Of a stretch of DNA of 64,000 nt, positions 9,634-19,868 are shown piece after piece. Under the pieces are notes generated by a model that worked only from the letters and a program-made list of their open reading frames with translations, was not told the DNA's origin and searched no databases. The stretch's first letter is position 1, and every line of letters starts with the position of its first letter. Position numbers and translations under genes: made by a program. The stretch covers positions 1 through 64,000 of the forward strand of contig CBDBKE010000002.1 in NCBI GenBank assembly GCA_965206645.1. Reading direction: 5' to 3'. Origin of the DNA: Terriglobia bacterium. GTDB taxonomy: Bacteria; Acidobacteriota; Terriglobia; JAJPHL01; JAPKYU01.

Positions 9634-12257
9634 TGACCAGACCGATTTTTTGTACCAACAGTAGTGAGAGTCTACATCATAGCCTGGGGCCGTGAAACCG
9701 GTTTTGGTAGTAGGAAAGGGTTATAGAGCCTGTGTGGAAACTCGGTTTAGCTGGCTGGAAATCAAAAGGGATCATGATCCGCTCCAGAATTCTGGTGTTT
9801 CGATCTTCGCCGAGTCGCCGGTCCGGGAGTCTGCCGAACTAGCCTTCCTGATCTAGCTTCGGTTTGTTGCGCCACAGGCGGGTGAGGTTGAAGGCCGTTG
9901 CGGCCAGCGCGAACTCCACCGCGACCTTCCCCAGGCCCCGCCGCCGGAACTGCCGCATTCCACGCTGTTCTTTCAAAACCCCGATCACTGGTTCCACGAT
10001 CGCCTTGCGCCGCTGATAAACCGCCCGCCCGGCCGGGTCGCGCAGCTTGCGTCGCACTCGCCGGTGTTCCGGATGCCGTACAGCAGGTGCTCCGGGCGCG
10101 CGTTGGCCTCGGTTCAGTTCCCGCGCCAAGTTCGAGTCGGGCACATAGACGTCCAGGCCACGCTGGGCCAGTTCCACGATGGTCTCCAAGCAAAAGAAGC
10201 CGCTGTCGGCGCTGACCTTCTGCGGGCGTTCCCGGCAGCGTCGCTCGACCGTCTCCACCAGAGGGACCAGCGTCGCGTTGTCGGTGGCGTTTTGCCCCAC
10301 GCGCTGCTCGACAATCAGATGATCTTCGCTGACCGCCACCTCCGCCGTGTAACCCAGCGTGAATCCCTTGCGGTCGTGCAAGAACCGGCTGTCGGGATCG
10401 GTTTCCAAACGCCGCTTCAGCCCGCTTTTGCGCAACCGCTCCAGGCATCGCGGGATTTCTTCCAGCCGCTTCTCCAGCGCTGCCATCTGCTTGCCGCTCA
10501 GTTGCCGGCCAGCCGCTTCCTCGCAGGACTGCGCGTCACATTGTTTCTGCCAGCGACGAATCTGCCGCCGAATTTTGGCTCGCTCTGCCCGCAACTTGGC
10601 CACCGTCTCCACCCGGTCCCGCGAGGCGTTGGCCGCCACCCGCGTCGAGTCCATGGCCACGTGTCCCAGCCGCCCCATTCCCAGCGACCGCGCCAACTCC
10701 ACCACCTGTGTGAACAGATCGTTCAGGGCACGGGCGTGCCGCGTCCGAAACTGGTTCAGCGTCCAAAAGTCCGGCCCCGCTCCGGCCGCCAGATAACGGA
10801 ACGCCAGGTCCTCCCGCACCCGCTGTTCCAGACGGCGGGCCGAGGTCACGCCCAGCGCGTAGGCATACAGCCACACCTTCAGCAACAGCGCCGGATGATA
10901 GGCCGGGCGGCCTTCTTCCACCTAGCCCTGCTCAAACGCACTCAGTTCCAGCCGCTCCACAACTCGGTGCACAAAAAAACAGATGTGATCTTCTCCCTGC
11001 ACCTCCCGCACGCTGGGCGGCAGCAGATACGCTTGCTCCGGGTTGTAGGTCAAGAATTTCATCGCGCCTACTTAAGGCGCATTATACGTGACTCGCAAAA
11101 GCGGTTTTCACGCAGACACTATAACCCAGCGCCGAGTGTGGCCGCCTCGTGTTGTATTCCTCCCGCCACTGTTCCACCACCACCTGTGCCTCCTTCAAGG
11201 AGTAAAAGATCTCTCCATTCAGGCATTCATCCCGCAGCTTCCCATTGAAACTCTCACAGTATCCGTTCTCCCAAGGGCTGCCCGGTTCGATGTACAGCGT
11301 CGCGGTCCCTAGTTTCGCCAGCCACTGGCGCAGCTGTTGGGCAATGAACTTGGGCCTGTTATCAGAGCGAAGGTGCTCTGGAATGCCCTTCCACAGCATC
11401 ACCTCCGACAACGTCTCGATGACCTCCTGACTGCCCATCCTTCGCTCTACCCGGATCGCCAGGCATTCTCGCGTGTATTCATCGATCAGCGTCAATAACC
11501 GCAACGTTTTCCCCTCATGCGTTCTGGCACTCACGAAGTCATAGCTCCAAACATGATTCGCTCGTTCCGGCCGCAGCCGCACACAGGAACCGTCATTCAG
11601 CCACAATCGTCCCCGGAGTCTTTGCTTTTGCGGCACTTTCAGCCCCTCCCGCCGCCAGATCCGCTGCACCCGATCCTTGCCCACTGGCCAGCCTGCACCC
11701 CGCAGCAGTGCCGCGATCCTCCGGTAGCCGTAGCGCCTGTACTGCGTCGCCAGGGCAACGATCGCTCGGGTGAGGCCATCTTCGTCCAGCACAGGATTCG
11801 GCTCGTATCGTTGTGTCCCTCGCCATTGCCCCAGCAGCCGGCAGCCATGCCGTTCCGACAACCCGTGTTGCTCCCGCGCACGCTCTACCGCACAACGCCG
11901 CCGCTCAGGGCTTACAAGTTTCCCTGCGCCACATCCCGCAAAACCTGCTTCTCCAGGGAAAGCTCGGCCACCAACCGCTTGAGCCGAGAGTTCTCCTTCT
12001 CGAGTTCCTTCAGCCGCTTCGCTTGGTCTAGCTTCAGCCCGCCAAACTCCTTCCGCCAGCGATAGTAGGTCTGCACCGTGAGCTGAGCATCCCGGCAGGC
12101 TTGCGGCGTGGTCTTCCCGTTGGCAGTCTCCACTTCGATCTGCCGGAGGAGGTTTACAACCTGCTCCGGCTTATACCTCTTCGTCGACATGATCGCGGCT
12201 CCTTCTCAGGTGAATTCTCTCTCATTTCACCTGGTACAAAAAACCCCGGTCACGTCA
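9634..12257 (-). mobile_element. IS3-family element (orfA 11912-12190, orfB via -1 frameshift) carrying a nested IS1182
   Basis: IRs tgaccagaccgattttttgtacca / tggtacaaaaaaccccggtcacgtca; WSYDF, RSDN, SPWENGYCESFNGKLRDE; no TSD visible. Confidence 0.92.
9726..11119 (-). mobile_element. IS1182-family element; transposase 9839-11062 with an in-frame TAG at 10922-10924
   Basis: GRPAYHPALLLK, PDFWTL, DSTRV, TDPDSR, ADSGF, RKAIVEPV; IRs gagcctgtgtggaaa / ttttcacgcagacac; flanked by TATA on both sides. Confidence 0.9.
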
Positions 12258-12557
12258 GTGTTGGCAGATGGGATCGCAGATGCCGTTGTCAGGGTCGCTT
12301 CGAAACTTTCTGAAGGAAAAGATGTTCCAATAATTCTCTGGATCATGTTGCAATCCGCCGCCACGCATGAGGCACATGATGAGTGGTTCAAATGGCTTGA
12401 GGGGAGATTGGCCAGCATCGCGACCCATTTGCCTCCGCCTCCGAACGAGTGCTTGCAGATGTTCCGGGATCACCTGGATGAGATTGAGAAGGTCTTGCCG
12501 ATAAAATCCTGGTTTCATCTTCGCGCCAAATCTATAGCGGCTGCGGGCGTGGCATGA
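12258..12557 (+). pseudogene. C-terminal fragment of an unidentified helical protein, truncated by IS3
   Basis: Open frame from the IS end to the stop at 12557, no start codon; lower GC. Confidence 0.4.
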
Positions 12558-12805
12558 GAAAGAGCGTGGGTCGCAGGATTTCGATTCGTCATGATATCCC
12601 GGTTGATCTATGGCGACCAAATCCGATGATCAACTCACAAGCCGAGGTCCATTTCGACCGGTTGCTCCAATACGGCTCGGCCCCTCATCTTCATCTAATC
12701 ACTCACACCGACCGGCACAAAAAATCGGCTTGGTCAGGAACTTGCGCCTAGCGCACAAAGGAGCGGTTTTGCAACGATCTGGCAAAGGATATAATCCTCG
12801 AATCT

Positions 12806-14161
12806 ATGGAACAGACTAACGGACAATCCGAACCGGCTAGTGCCGGCGAACTGACGCTGCGGCGCAGCATCGGCCTATGGCAGATGACACTCTACGCGGC
12901 CGGCAGCATGCTGGGCGCCGGTATTTACGGCCTGATTGGGCGAGTCGCAGGCGAGATGGGTTCGGCGATCTGGCTTGCCTTTTTGCTATCGCTGGTAGCG
13001 GCAGGGCTGACGGGATTATCGTATGCCTCGCTCGGGTCACGCTATCCGCGCGCGGGTGGCGCCGCCTATATCACGCAGCGCGCCTATCGCCGCCGCCTGC
13101 TCACCCATGTCGTGGGTCTCACCGTGGCGTGCTCGGGTTTCACCTCGATCGCCGCGGGTGCGCGGGTGGTGGGCGAGAATCTGCAAGCCCTGCCCGGCCT
13201 TGAGGGCCTGCCCACCGGCATGCTGGCGTTCATCTATCTCGCCATCGTCGGCGCGATTGTCTATCGCGGCATCCGCGAATCGATGTGGGTCAATGTCGCC
13301 TGTACGCTGGTGGAAGCGGGGGGATTGCTGCTTGTGATAGCGGTCGGCCTGCGCTTCTGGGGTTCGGCGAATTTGTTGGAATTCCCGGTTGGTTCGGAAA
13401 CCGAAGCCGGCCTTCCCCTAGTGCTGATGGTGCAGGGCGTCGTGCTCACCTTCTACGCCTTCCTTGGCTTCGAGGATTCAATCAACGTTGCCGAGGAGTT
13501 GAAAAATCCACGGCGCGACCTGCCGTTCGGTCTGGTGATGGCGCTGGTGCTGACCGTCACCATCTATATGAGTGTGGCGATCACCGCCGTCTCGGTGGTG
13601 CCGTGGCAGGAATTGGCCGAAGCCAATGCGCCGCTGGCCGAAGTCATGACGCGCGCCGCGCCTTGGCTTCCGGCCTGGGTGTTCATCGCTATTACTATCT
13701 TCGCGGTGGCCAATACCGGTTTGATCAATTATGTCACCGCTTCGCGCCTCTTATACGGCATGGCCCGCGACAGGCATCTGCCGCGCGCTCTCTCCCTCAT
13801 CCATCCGGTGCGGCGCACGCCCTATGTCGCCATTGGGCTGATCTTCGTGCTGATTGTGATTCTGATCCTGTCGGGCGACATCTCACAATTGGCCTCGGCC
13901 ACGGTATTACTGCTGCTTTTGGTGTTCTCCGTGGTGAACAGCGCACTCGTCATCCTGAAGCTGCGGCCCGGCGAACCGCAGGGCGCGTTCGAGCTACCCC
14001 TTGCGGTACCTGCGCTCGGCGCCGTAGTCTGTGTTGCGCTGTTCCTGGCGCGGGCCGGGGCCGGCGACTGGCGCGCGCCGACCATTGCCGGCGTGCTGCT
14101 GCTGGGAGTCGGCGCGCTCTATCTCTGGCTCAGACCGAGGCTCGCCGCAGAAGAGGGGTAG
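12806..14161 (+). CDS. APC-family amino acid permease
   Basis: GSMLGAGIY, YPRAGG, FYAFLGFE..NVAEE.KNP, SRLLYGMARD; about 12 hydrophobic segments. Confidence 0.93.
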   Translation: MEQTNGQSEPASAGELTLRRSIGLWQMTLYAAGSMLGAGIYGLIGRVAGEMGSAIWLAFLLSLVAAGLTGLSYASLGSRYPRAGGAAYITQRAYRRRLLTHVVGLTVACSGFTSIAAGARVVGENLQALPGLEGLPTGMLAFIYLAIVGAIVYRGIRESMWVNVACTLVEAGGLLLVIAVGLRFWGSANLLEFPVGSETEAGLPLVLMVQGVVLTFYAFLGFEDSINVAEELKNPRRDLPFGLVMALVLTVTIYMSVAITAVSVVPWQELAEANAPLAEVMTRAAPWLPAWVFIAITIFAVANTGLINYVTASRLLYGMARDRHLPRALSLIHPVRRTPYVAIGLIFVLIVILILSGDISQLASATVLLLLLVFSVVNSALVILKLRPGEPQGAFELPLAVPALGAVVCVALFLARAGAGDWRAPTIAGVLLLGVGALYLWLRPRLAAEEG

Positions 14162-15428
14162 CGCCGGGAGTTTGTGCCCCGGTGGCGGCGGGCGGTGCGA
14201 GGACCCGCCGCCGATCGAAACGGCCCGCGCTGAAGCCCTGAGGGGCGTACCCCCGGCTGCGGGCTTCACGAAGATCCGTCGGCGGTAATCTTCGCTCTCG
14301 GGCGCGCCGGCCCATCCGGTCGTTGCGCCAGACGACGACAGTTCCGACCTTGCGTGCTCCTGAATTCAGTCTGTCAGAAAGAACTCTATGACCCTGGACG
14401 GAATGTGTCCATTAATCCAAACCAGAACTCTATTCTGACGTCTCAGCGCACCGTCCCTGACGTTAGACTAGGGTATGCCGCAACTGGACAGAGCAAGATA
14501 ATCCGGGGGAATAGGGTCGTTATTAGCTACGAGCGGCCATTCGGATGCCTCTTAGCGTACGATTTTTCTCGTTTCGTGAGGTGACCCCATTCATGGCTTG
14601 TCGTGTCGATCGCTTTGCCGGAGTAGCTGGTCCACGGCGACCACCTTCCCGCCCCGGCGAACCTCAGACAACGACTTGCGACCTTTTGCTTGTTTAAGAA
14701 CCTCAATATCAAGTCGCTGAAGCTCGCGCTTGAGACGAAAGATCTCACGCCTCGGCCTTGATCACTGTCTTCAGCGCCGGGGCTTTCGGCGGCAGTTCCA
14801 GGCCGCAATTTGAGGGCGACCCTCGGACAGGCTTTGTCAAGTTAACAGAGCCGAGGGTAGTGGGTCAGTTTGAATTTTCTTTCTGTAAGGCCACGCTTTC
14901 CAGATTTGCGATCTGGTATCAGCCTTATGATTTCTTCTAAGCCCCAAACATGGTCGGTAACGCCAGCAGCCATAGCCGGGGTAACGCGCAATGTCTGGTG
15001 GATACGAGCGAAATTGTAGTACATGTAAAACACTGCGACCGCAGCCGCGTGGTTCTCAATCTTCTTACTGAAAGCGTTCGTTAGGCGCGTGAACCGGCGC
15101 ATGGACATTCGCATCGTGAGATTTTGTCTTTCGACATAGCTTGTCGAAACATGGAGCGGATCGGGTCTGCCGATAACGCGCTCGCGCTTGCATCCGGTGC
15201 ATTGCGCCTGGGCTGTAGCGGGTATCCGCCTCCAACGGATTGCCGTAAATTTTAATTAACTGCGAGTAGTCAATATCAGCTCCAAAAGCCTCTTCTACGG
15301 CGCTCAGGTACGCTTTGTGGCCGTCCGTGGTTAATTGAACGCGGTATCGCAGCCTGCCTGAAAGATCACGCATTAGAATCGTTGCGGCGTCCGCCGAACG
15401 ATCAGAGATCAACCAAGACGGGATTAAT

Positions 15429-17437
15429 CCGGAATTTCCATTTTGAGCTTCCCCTTCACCCGAAAACAGATGCCTCTTACCCTGTCGTGTCAACCGCAAA
15501 CAGCTCTGGCCTCTTTGAGGTGGTAGTGCGGCACATTTTGGCTGTTCTTCGGAGTCGCTGTGCGGGGTTCGCCTGCCCAGCCTGCCGCGCCGCTGACACT
15601 TATCCGGCCCGACCACTTCTGAGCACCTAAAATTACCCTCTCTCCTGGGTCGCTAGCCATCTGGCAGCGGCAGTGCCGAGATCGTTCGCACCATTCTGCT
15701 GAACAGCCTCCGGCTCAAGTGCCCTTCGGCCAGCAAAAGCCAGTAATATCGCGCATGTTTCACCAGCCGTCCTCCCGTTTTCACCAACCGCTGCTGCAAG
15801 CTCTTCAGGGACCAGTTCCCGATTCTCTGTGGCAGCACCGGTCGCCGCCACAGGTTGCCGAGATTATAGGCAATGATGGTGAGCCACAGCCGGACCTCGT
15901 TCGACCGGAACCGGTGACAACTGAGCCGCGTCATCTTCACTGCTTGCTTTCCTTCTTTGATCCACTGCTCCGCTGTCCCCCGCTTGTTGTAAAACCGCAC
16001 CACCGCCCGACTTGGAAGCGTCAAGTTCGTCACAATGAATCCTACTCGCGGGAACAGCTCCCCTGGATGATGCTCCACCTTGGCCACCACCCTGCGGGCT
16101 GTCTTCCAACTGGCCGCTTGGTATAGAAAGCCCTTGAACTCCACCAACGGCTTCTTGCTGGGTCTCCCCACCGGCCGAGTCAGCAACTCCTCAATGTCCC
16201 GCTGTAGGCTGTCGTTAGCCGGGATGCGGATGGCGTACTTTACCTCCCGCTCCTCCAGAGCCCCGTAAATCTCCGGCTTGGCAAAGGCTGCGTCGGCTCG
16301 GAATGCGACTTCTTTTCCCATTCGCGGCTGCCGTTCGATCTCCGGCAGGAGAAGTTCTTCCCAGTCCTCGGCACTGTGCACGTTGCCAGGACGGAGCTTC
16401 GCCGCCAGACAATCCCCCTCGCGGTTGAACAGCAACAGCGGGTGAAAGCAAGTTGACTCGAAGTGCCCGTTGTAGGCGCTCTGCTCCTGTTCGCCGTAGA
16501 CAGGGATCTCAGTCGAGTCCATGTCCAGCACTGTTCGGTACGGCGAATTCAACGCTTCTGCTTTGCCAATCAGTTCCCGGTTCACCCGTGCCAGCCCTGG
16601 GAAGTTCCCATCCTCGGCCAGCAGGTCCGTCTCGAAGGTTTGCAACCGGGATGGCAGTGCTGCCCCTCGATCCCAGATCTTCTCGGAGCCGATCAGCCGG
16701 AAGGTCGGATCTCGTGAGAGCTGCTTGGCATCATTCACATCCTCGTACCCAGCCAGGCGGCTGTACACCGACTGCCGCAGCAGGTCCGCGAAAGACAACC
16801 GCGCATTGTTTGCTCTGGAGTCCGTCAAGTGCTGTTCGATCAGTTCCCCGAATCCAAGGCGTTCGTCCAACTCCCGCACCAGAATCAGACCTCCGTTGGA
16901 GGTCACCCGTGATCCCTGAAAAGCGACCCGCAGAAACCGGTTGAATGACAGTTGAAACGCCTATTTTTGGCTCTCACCCATTGGGTGTACACCTCCGGAA
17001 GGCAATGTTGATGCTCGAACCCGCATCAATATTGACGTTGGAGGTTAGCAGAACGTTGCCGCTGTGTTTTCAAAATAGAAATGCGGGCTTCGTAGCCTGC
17101 CAAGCGGCTGTAGACCGACTGCCGCAACAGATCGGCCAGCGGGAACTTCTTGTTCAAGCCTTGCCTCAAGTCGCTGAGATGCTCCTCGATCAGCTTCCCG
17201 ATCCCGAGCCGTTCGTCCAGTTCGCGAATGAGAATCAGCCCGCCATCGGAAGTCACCCGCGATCCCAGAAAACCGACCCGCAGAAATCGGTTGTAGGACA
17301 GCTGAAATGCCTGTTTTTTGCTCTCACCCATTGGGTGTTGATCTCCTCAGCGCCTTGAGTGCTTTCAAACCCGCATTAATAAAGGCGTCCGAGGCCACCC
17401 GATGGTCAGCAGAACCGAAACTAAAGTGGAAATCCGG
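15429..17437 (-). mobile_element. IS1380 composite: a near-complete copy (15429-~17087) plus the 5' end of a second IS1380 (17088-17437); 6-bp ATTAAT target duplication
   Basis: ATTAAT at 15423-15428 and 17438-17443; IRs ccggaatttccatttt / aaagtggaaatccgg; inner IR caaaatagaaatgcggg at ~17071-17087. Confidence 0.85.
15653..16981 (-). CDS. IS1380-family transposase (in-frame TAG at codon 7, 16961-16963)
   Basis: TSNGGL, LDMDST, YNGHF, LRPGNVHS, RADAAF, FYNKRGTAEQWIKEGK. Confidence 0.9.
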
Positions 17438-17830
17438 ATTAATTTCGTATCCGCGTCCAGTGCGACCCAAGTCCAGACGGAACCGCGGCCTTTACCCATT
17501 TCATCAAGCGGGACGTTCTTATCCTTTGCGCCTACGAAGCTCCAGATTTCATCCACTTGGATACGTCGGCAAGGAAGGTTGCGAAGTGCTCGGTCCTGAT
17601 AATCTTCGCAAGCAGGACCGAGTTCCATCAGCAGCTTCGTGATCGTGTTTTTCGCGATACCAGTCATGCGGACTGTTGAGCGGATAGAATTTCCCTCGAC
17701 TAGGGCGGCCACGATCTGAGCGCGCTTGGATATAGTCAGCCTATTCATATTGACCATCATGCATAACCAAGCATGTAGGTTCAAGGGAACTTCTTATGCC
17801 CTATTTCTCCATTCCGAAGTCTGCTGGCGG

Positions 17831-18232
17831 CTAAATTTCTCTAGATGCCTTCGGATTCTCCATCTCCATAAGGCCGAAAGTGTTAGGGGCCGGACGAGAG
17901 AAAATCGCTTCTTTTCTCGCGTACCCCGAAAGCGAACCGGCCAAGGAAAGCTTATTCTTCTTGTCTGCTGGTTTTCCAATCGCTTTCAGAATGTCAGTTA
18001 CATGAAGAGGATGTCCTGCTTTCTTAATGGCTTCCCTGGCCTGATAGAGCTGGCTCCCTTGGCGTAGGATGGTTCCTGAAGCCGTGCCACTGGAGTAGTC
18101 CCTAGGCACCAGTTTTAGGGAGTCATGGAGGGCCTGAACGTAGGAAAGGACCTCGCGAATCTGTAGCTCAAGGTCCGTAATCTCCTGCTGCTTCCGATCA
18201 ATGCGTTTCTGTAGTTCTTCTCTAAGACCCAT
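17831..18232 (-). CDS. Coiled-coil plus winged-helix (HARE-HTH-like) protein
   Basis: N-terminal heptad pattern; AIKKAGHPLHVTDIL...FSRPAPNTFGL; RBS aggagg. Confidence 0.55.
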   Translation of the reverse strand: MGLREELQKRIDRKQQEITDLELQIREVLSYVQALHDSLKLVPRDYSSGTASGTILRQGSQLYQAREAIKKAGHPLHVTDILKAIGKPADKKNKLSLAGSLSGYARKEAIFSRPAPNTFGLMEMENPKASREI

Positions 18233-18361
18233 ACAACCTCCTTTCGGCGTTCCATTGTAGCGCAGATGAAAACATGGCGCAACAGTTAAAAAGATGGGCG
18301 CAAGGAGGGTTAGCATGGAGCGCCCAGTGTGCTATACTCCTTTGGTCAAGGAGAACGAGAT

Positions 18362-19201
18362 ATGGACAGTGACTCATTGCTCTTCAATAGCTTAGACCAA
18401 AGTAGGAAGCTGACCCAAGCTGGCGCTGAGTACTGGATGGCCAGAGACATACAGGTGCTTCTCGGTTACTCTCTGTGGCAGAACTTTCAGCAAGTAATCC
18501 AGAGAGCGCGAATGGCCTGTGAGAGCGCTGGTGGGACGCCCGATTATCACTTTATTGAAACCAATAAGCTGATGAGTGTAGGCAAGGGCGCACAGATCGA
18601 AAGAGTAGATTGGTTCCTGTCTCGCTATGCATGCTACCTGGTCGCAATGAACGGAGACCCTTCCAAGCCCGAGATTGGCCTTGCCCAAACATACTTTGCC
18701 GTTCAAGCTCGCCGCCAAGAAGTGCAGGATCAGCTTACCGACGCGAGGAAGCGCATCCTTCTGCGAACCCGAGTCAAGGATGCGAACAAGAACCTGAACA
18801 AGGTGGCAAAGGATGCCGGCGTCAGCAACTATGCCTTTTTCCATGACGAAGGCTACCTCGGCCTCTATGACCTTCGCCAAGCCGAGATAAAACGCAAGAA
18901 GCAGATTCCAGACAATGAGTCACTGCTGGATAGGGCTGGACGGGCTGAGCTGGCCGCGAATGAGTTCCGGATCACACAAACTGAGGCGAAGATAAAGAAC
19001 TAGGCGATTCAAGGCCAGCAGTCATGTGAGCAAACCCACCGGCAGATCGGTAAGAAGGTTCGCAAGACAATCAGGGAAATCGGTGGAACAATGCCTGAGA
19101 ATCTTCCGCCGGAAACCCACATCAAGAAACTAGAATCATCCATAAAGAGGCTATCCGGGAAACAGCCGAAGGCACTGCCGAAGCCCGCCGATCAGGATTG
19201 A
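18362..19201 (+). pseudogene. dinD: DNA damage-inducible protein D, with an in-frame TAG at 19001-19003
   Basis: EYWMARD, LSRYACYLVAMNGDPSK..I..AQTYFAVQ.R, ELAANEFRITQTE; homology continues past the TAG (THRQIGKKVRKTIREIGGTMPENLP). Confidence 0.88.
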
Positions 19202-19446
19202 GTGCGCCATCTGGCCTTAGCTGCCTTCTTGGCGATGATTGTGCGTCGCCTGGCAGATAGTTTTTCAGCCCTGGCCTTCCCGCCCTTCTGCCCACCGAGC
19301 CGTCCCAGCGCAACCGCATTGGGGTTTTTCTCTGGTTCCTTGTCAAGCGGTTCCCCGGTCAGCTTCTCCCCGATGGACTTCTCGACTATCGAGCGTGCAA
19401 CTGTTACGAAGTCGTGATCCCTTGGCTTGCTTGAGCGGCTTGGCAT
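19192..19446 (-). CDS. Small basic protein of the KNPxAVALGRLGGxKGGKARA ('histone H1-like') family
   Basis: KNPNAVALGRLGGQKGGKARAEKLSARRRTIIAKKAAKARW. Confidence 0.8.
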   Translation of the reverse strand: MPSRSSKPRDHDFVTVARSIVEKSIGEKLTGEPLDKEPEKNPNAVALGRLGGQKGGKARAEKLSARRRTIIAKKAAKARWRTQS

Positions 19447-19702
19447 GGTCCGAGTATGGCAGACGCCTCTAGGCTGGTCAACCCCAAACTGACCCACTAC
19501 CCTATCGGTCTCTTTGTTGCAGAGTTCCCCCAATAGGGGTAACAGCTTTTTCCGAGGAGTCGCAATCAAAAGGTTGGTCTCGTTATGTGTCATTGCTAAA
19601 CCATTCATATAGCGAGGAGTAGTGCGGCGATGACGCTATGACGCTTTTTCCAGCTAGACAAGTGGGAGTGAAACCGTTCAACTCACTCCGCTCATAGTAC
19701 CG

Positions 19703-19800
19703 TTTCTTCTTTCTTCTTTCTTCTTTCTTCTTTCTTCTTTCTTCTTTCTTCTTTCTTCTTTCTTCTTTCTTCTTTCTTCTTTCTTCTTTCTTCTTTCTTC
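19703..19800. repeat. Perfect tandem heptamer (TTTCTTC)14
   Basis: 98 bp, 14 exact copies, read directly. Confidence 0.97.
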
Positions 19801-19868
19801 TTTTCGACATTCCGTCATCATCTTCATCAAGTCCTGTGTAGTCAGTGTGTTCGGGCATGACGCTCGCG

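Larger units (their letters stand above)
14860..17748 (-). pseudogene. IS1-family-like DDE transposase, split by IS1380 and frameshifted
   Basis: N-part 17444-17748 (LVEGNSIRST, IQVDEIWSFV, WTWVALDADTKLI) rejoins the C-part at 15428 (PSWLISDR, QLTTDG, STSYVERQNLTMRMSMRRFTRLTNAFSKK). Confidence 0.85.
14855..19502 (-). mobile_element. IS1-like cargo-carrying transposon bounded by 18-bp inverted repeats
   Basis: gggtagtgggtcagtttg (14855) / caaactgacccactaccc (19485-19502); encloses the transposase, three passenger ORFs and a nested IS1380. Confidence 0.8.

Noticed and set aside
14280-14540. Possible second att site (duplicated tRNA-Arg end) for the integrated elements
   Set aside because: Only weak partial matches (ctcgggcgcgcc, agctacgagcg); no convincing duplication was found by eye, so the element boundaries remain undefined.
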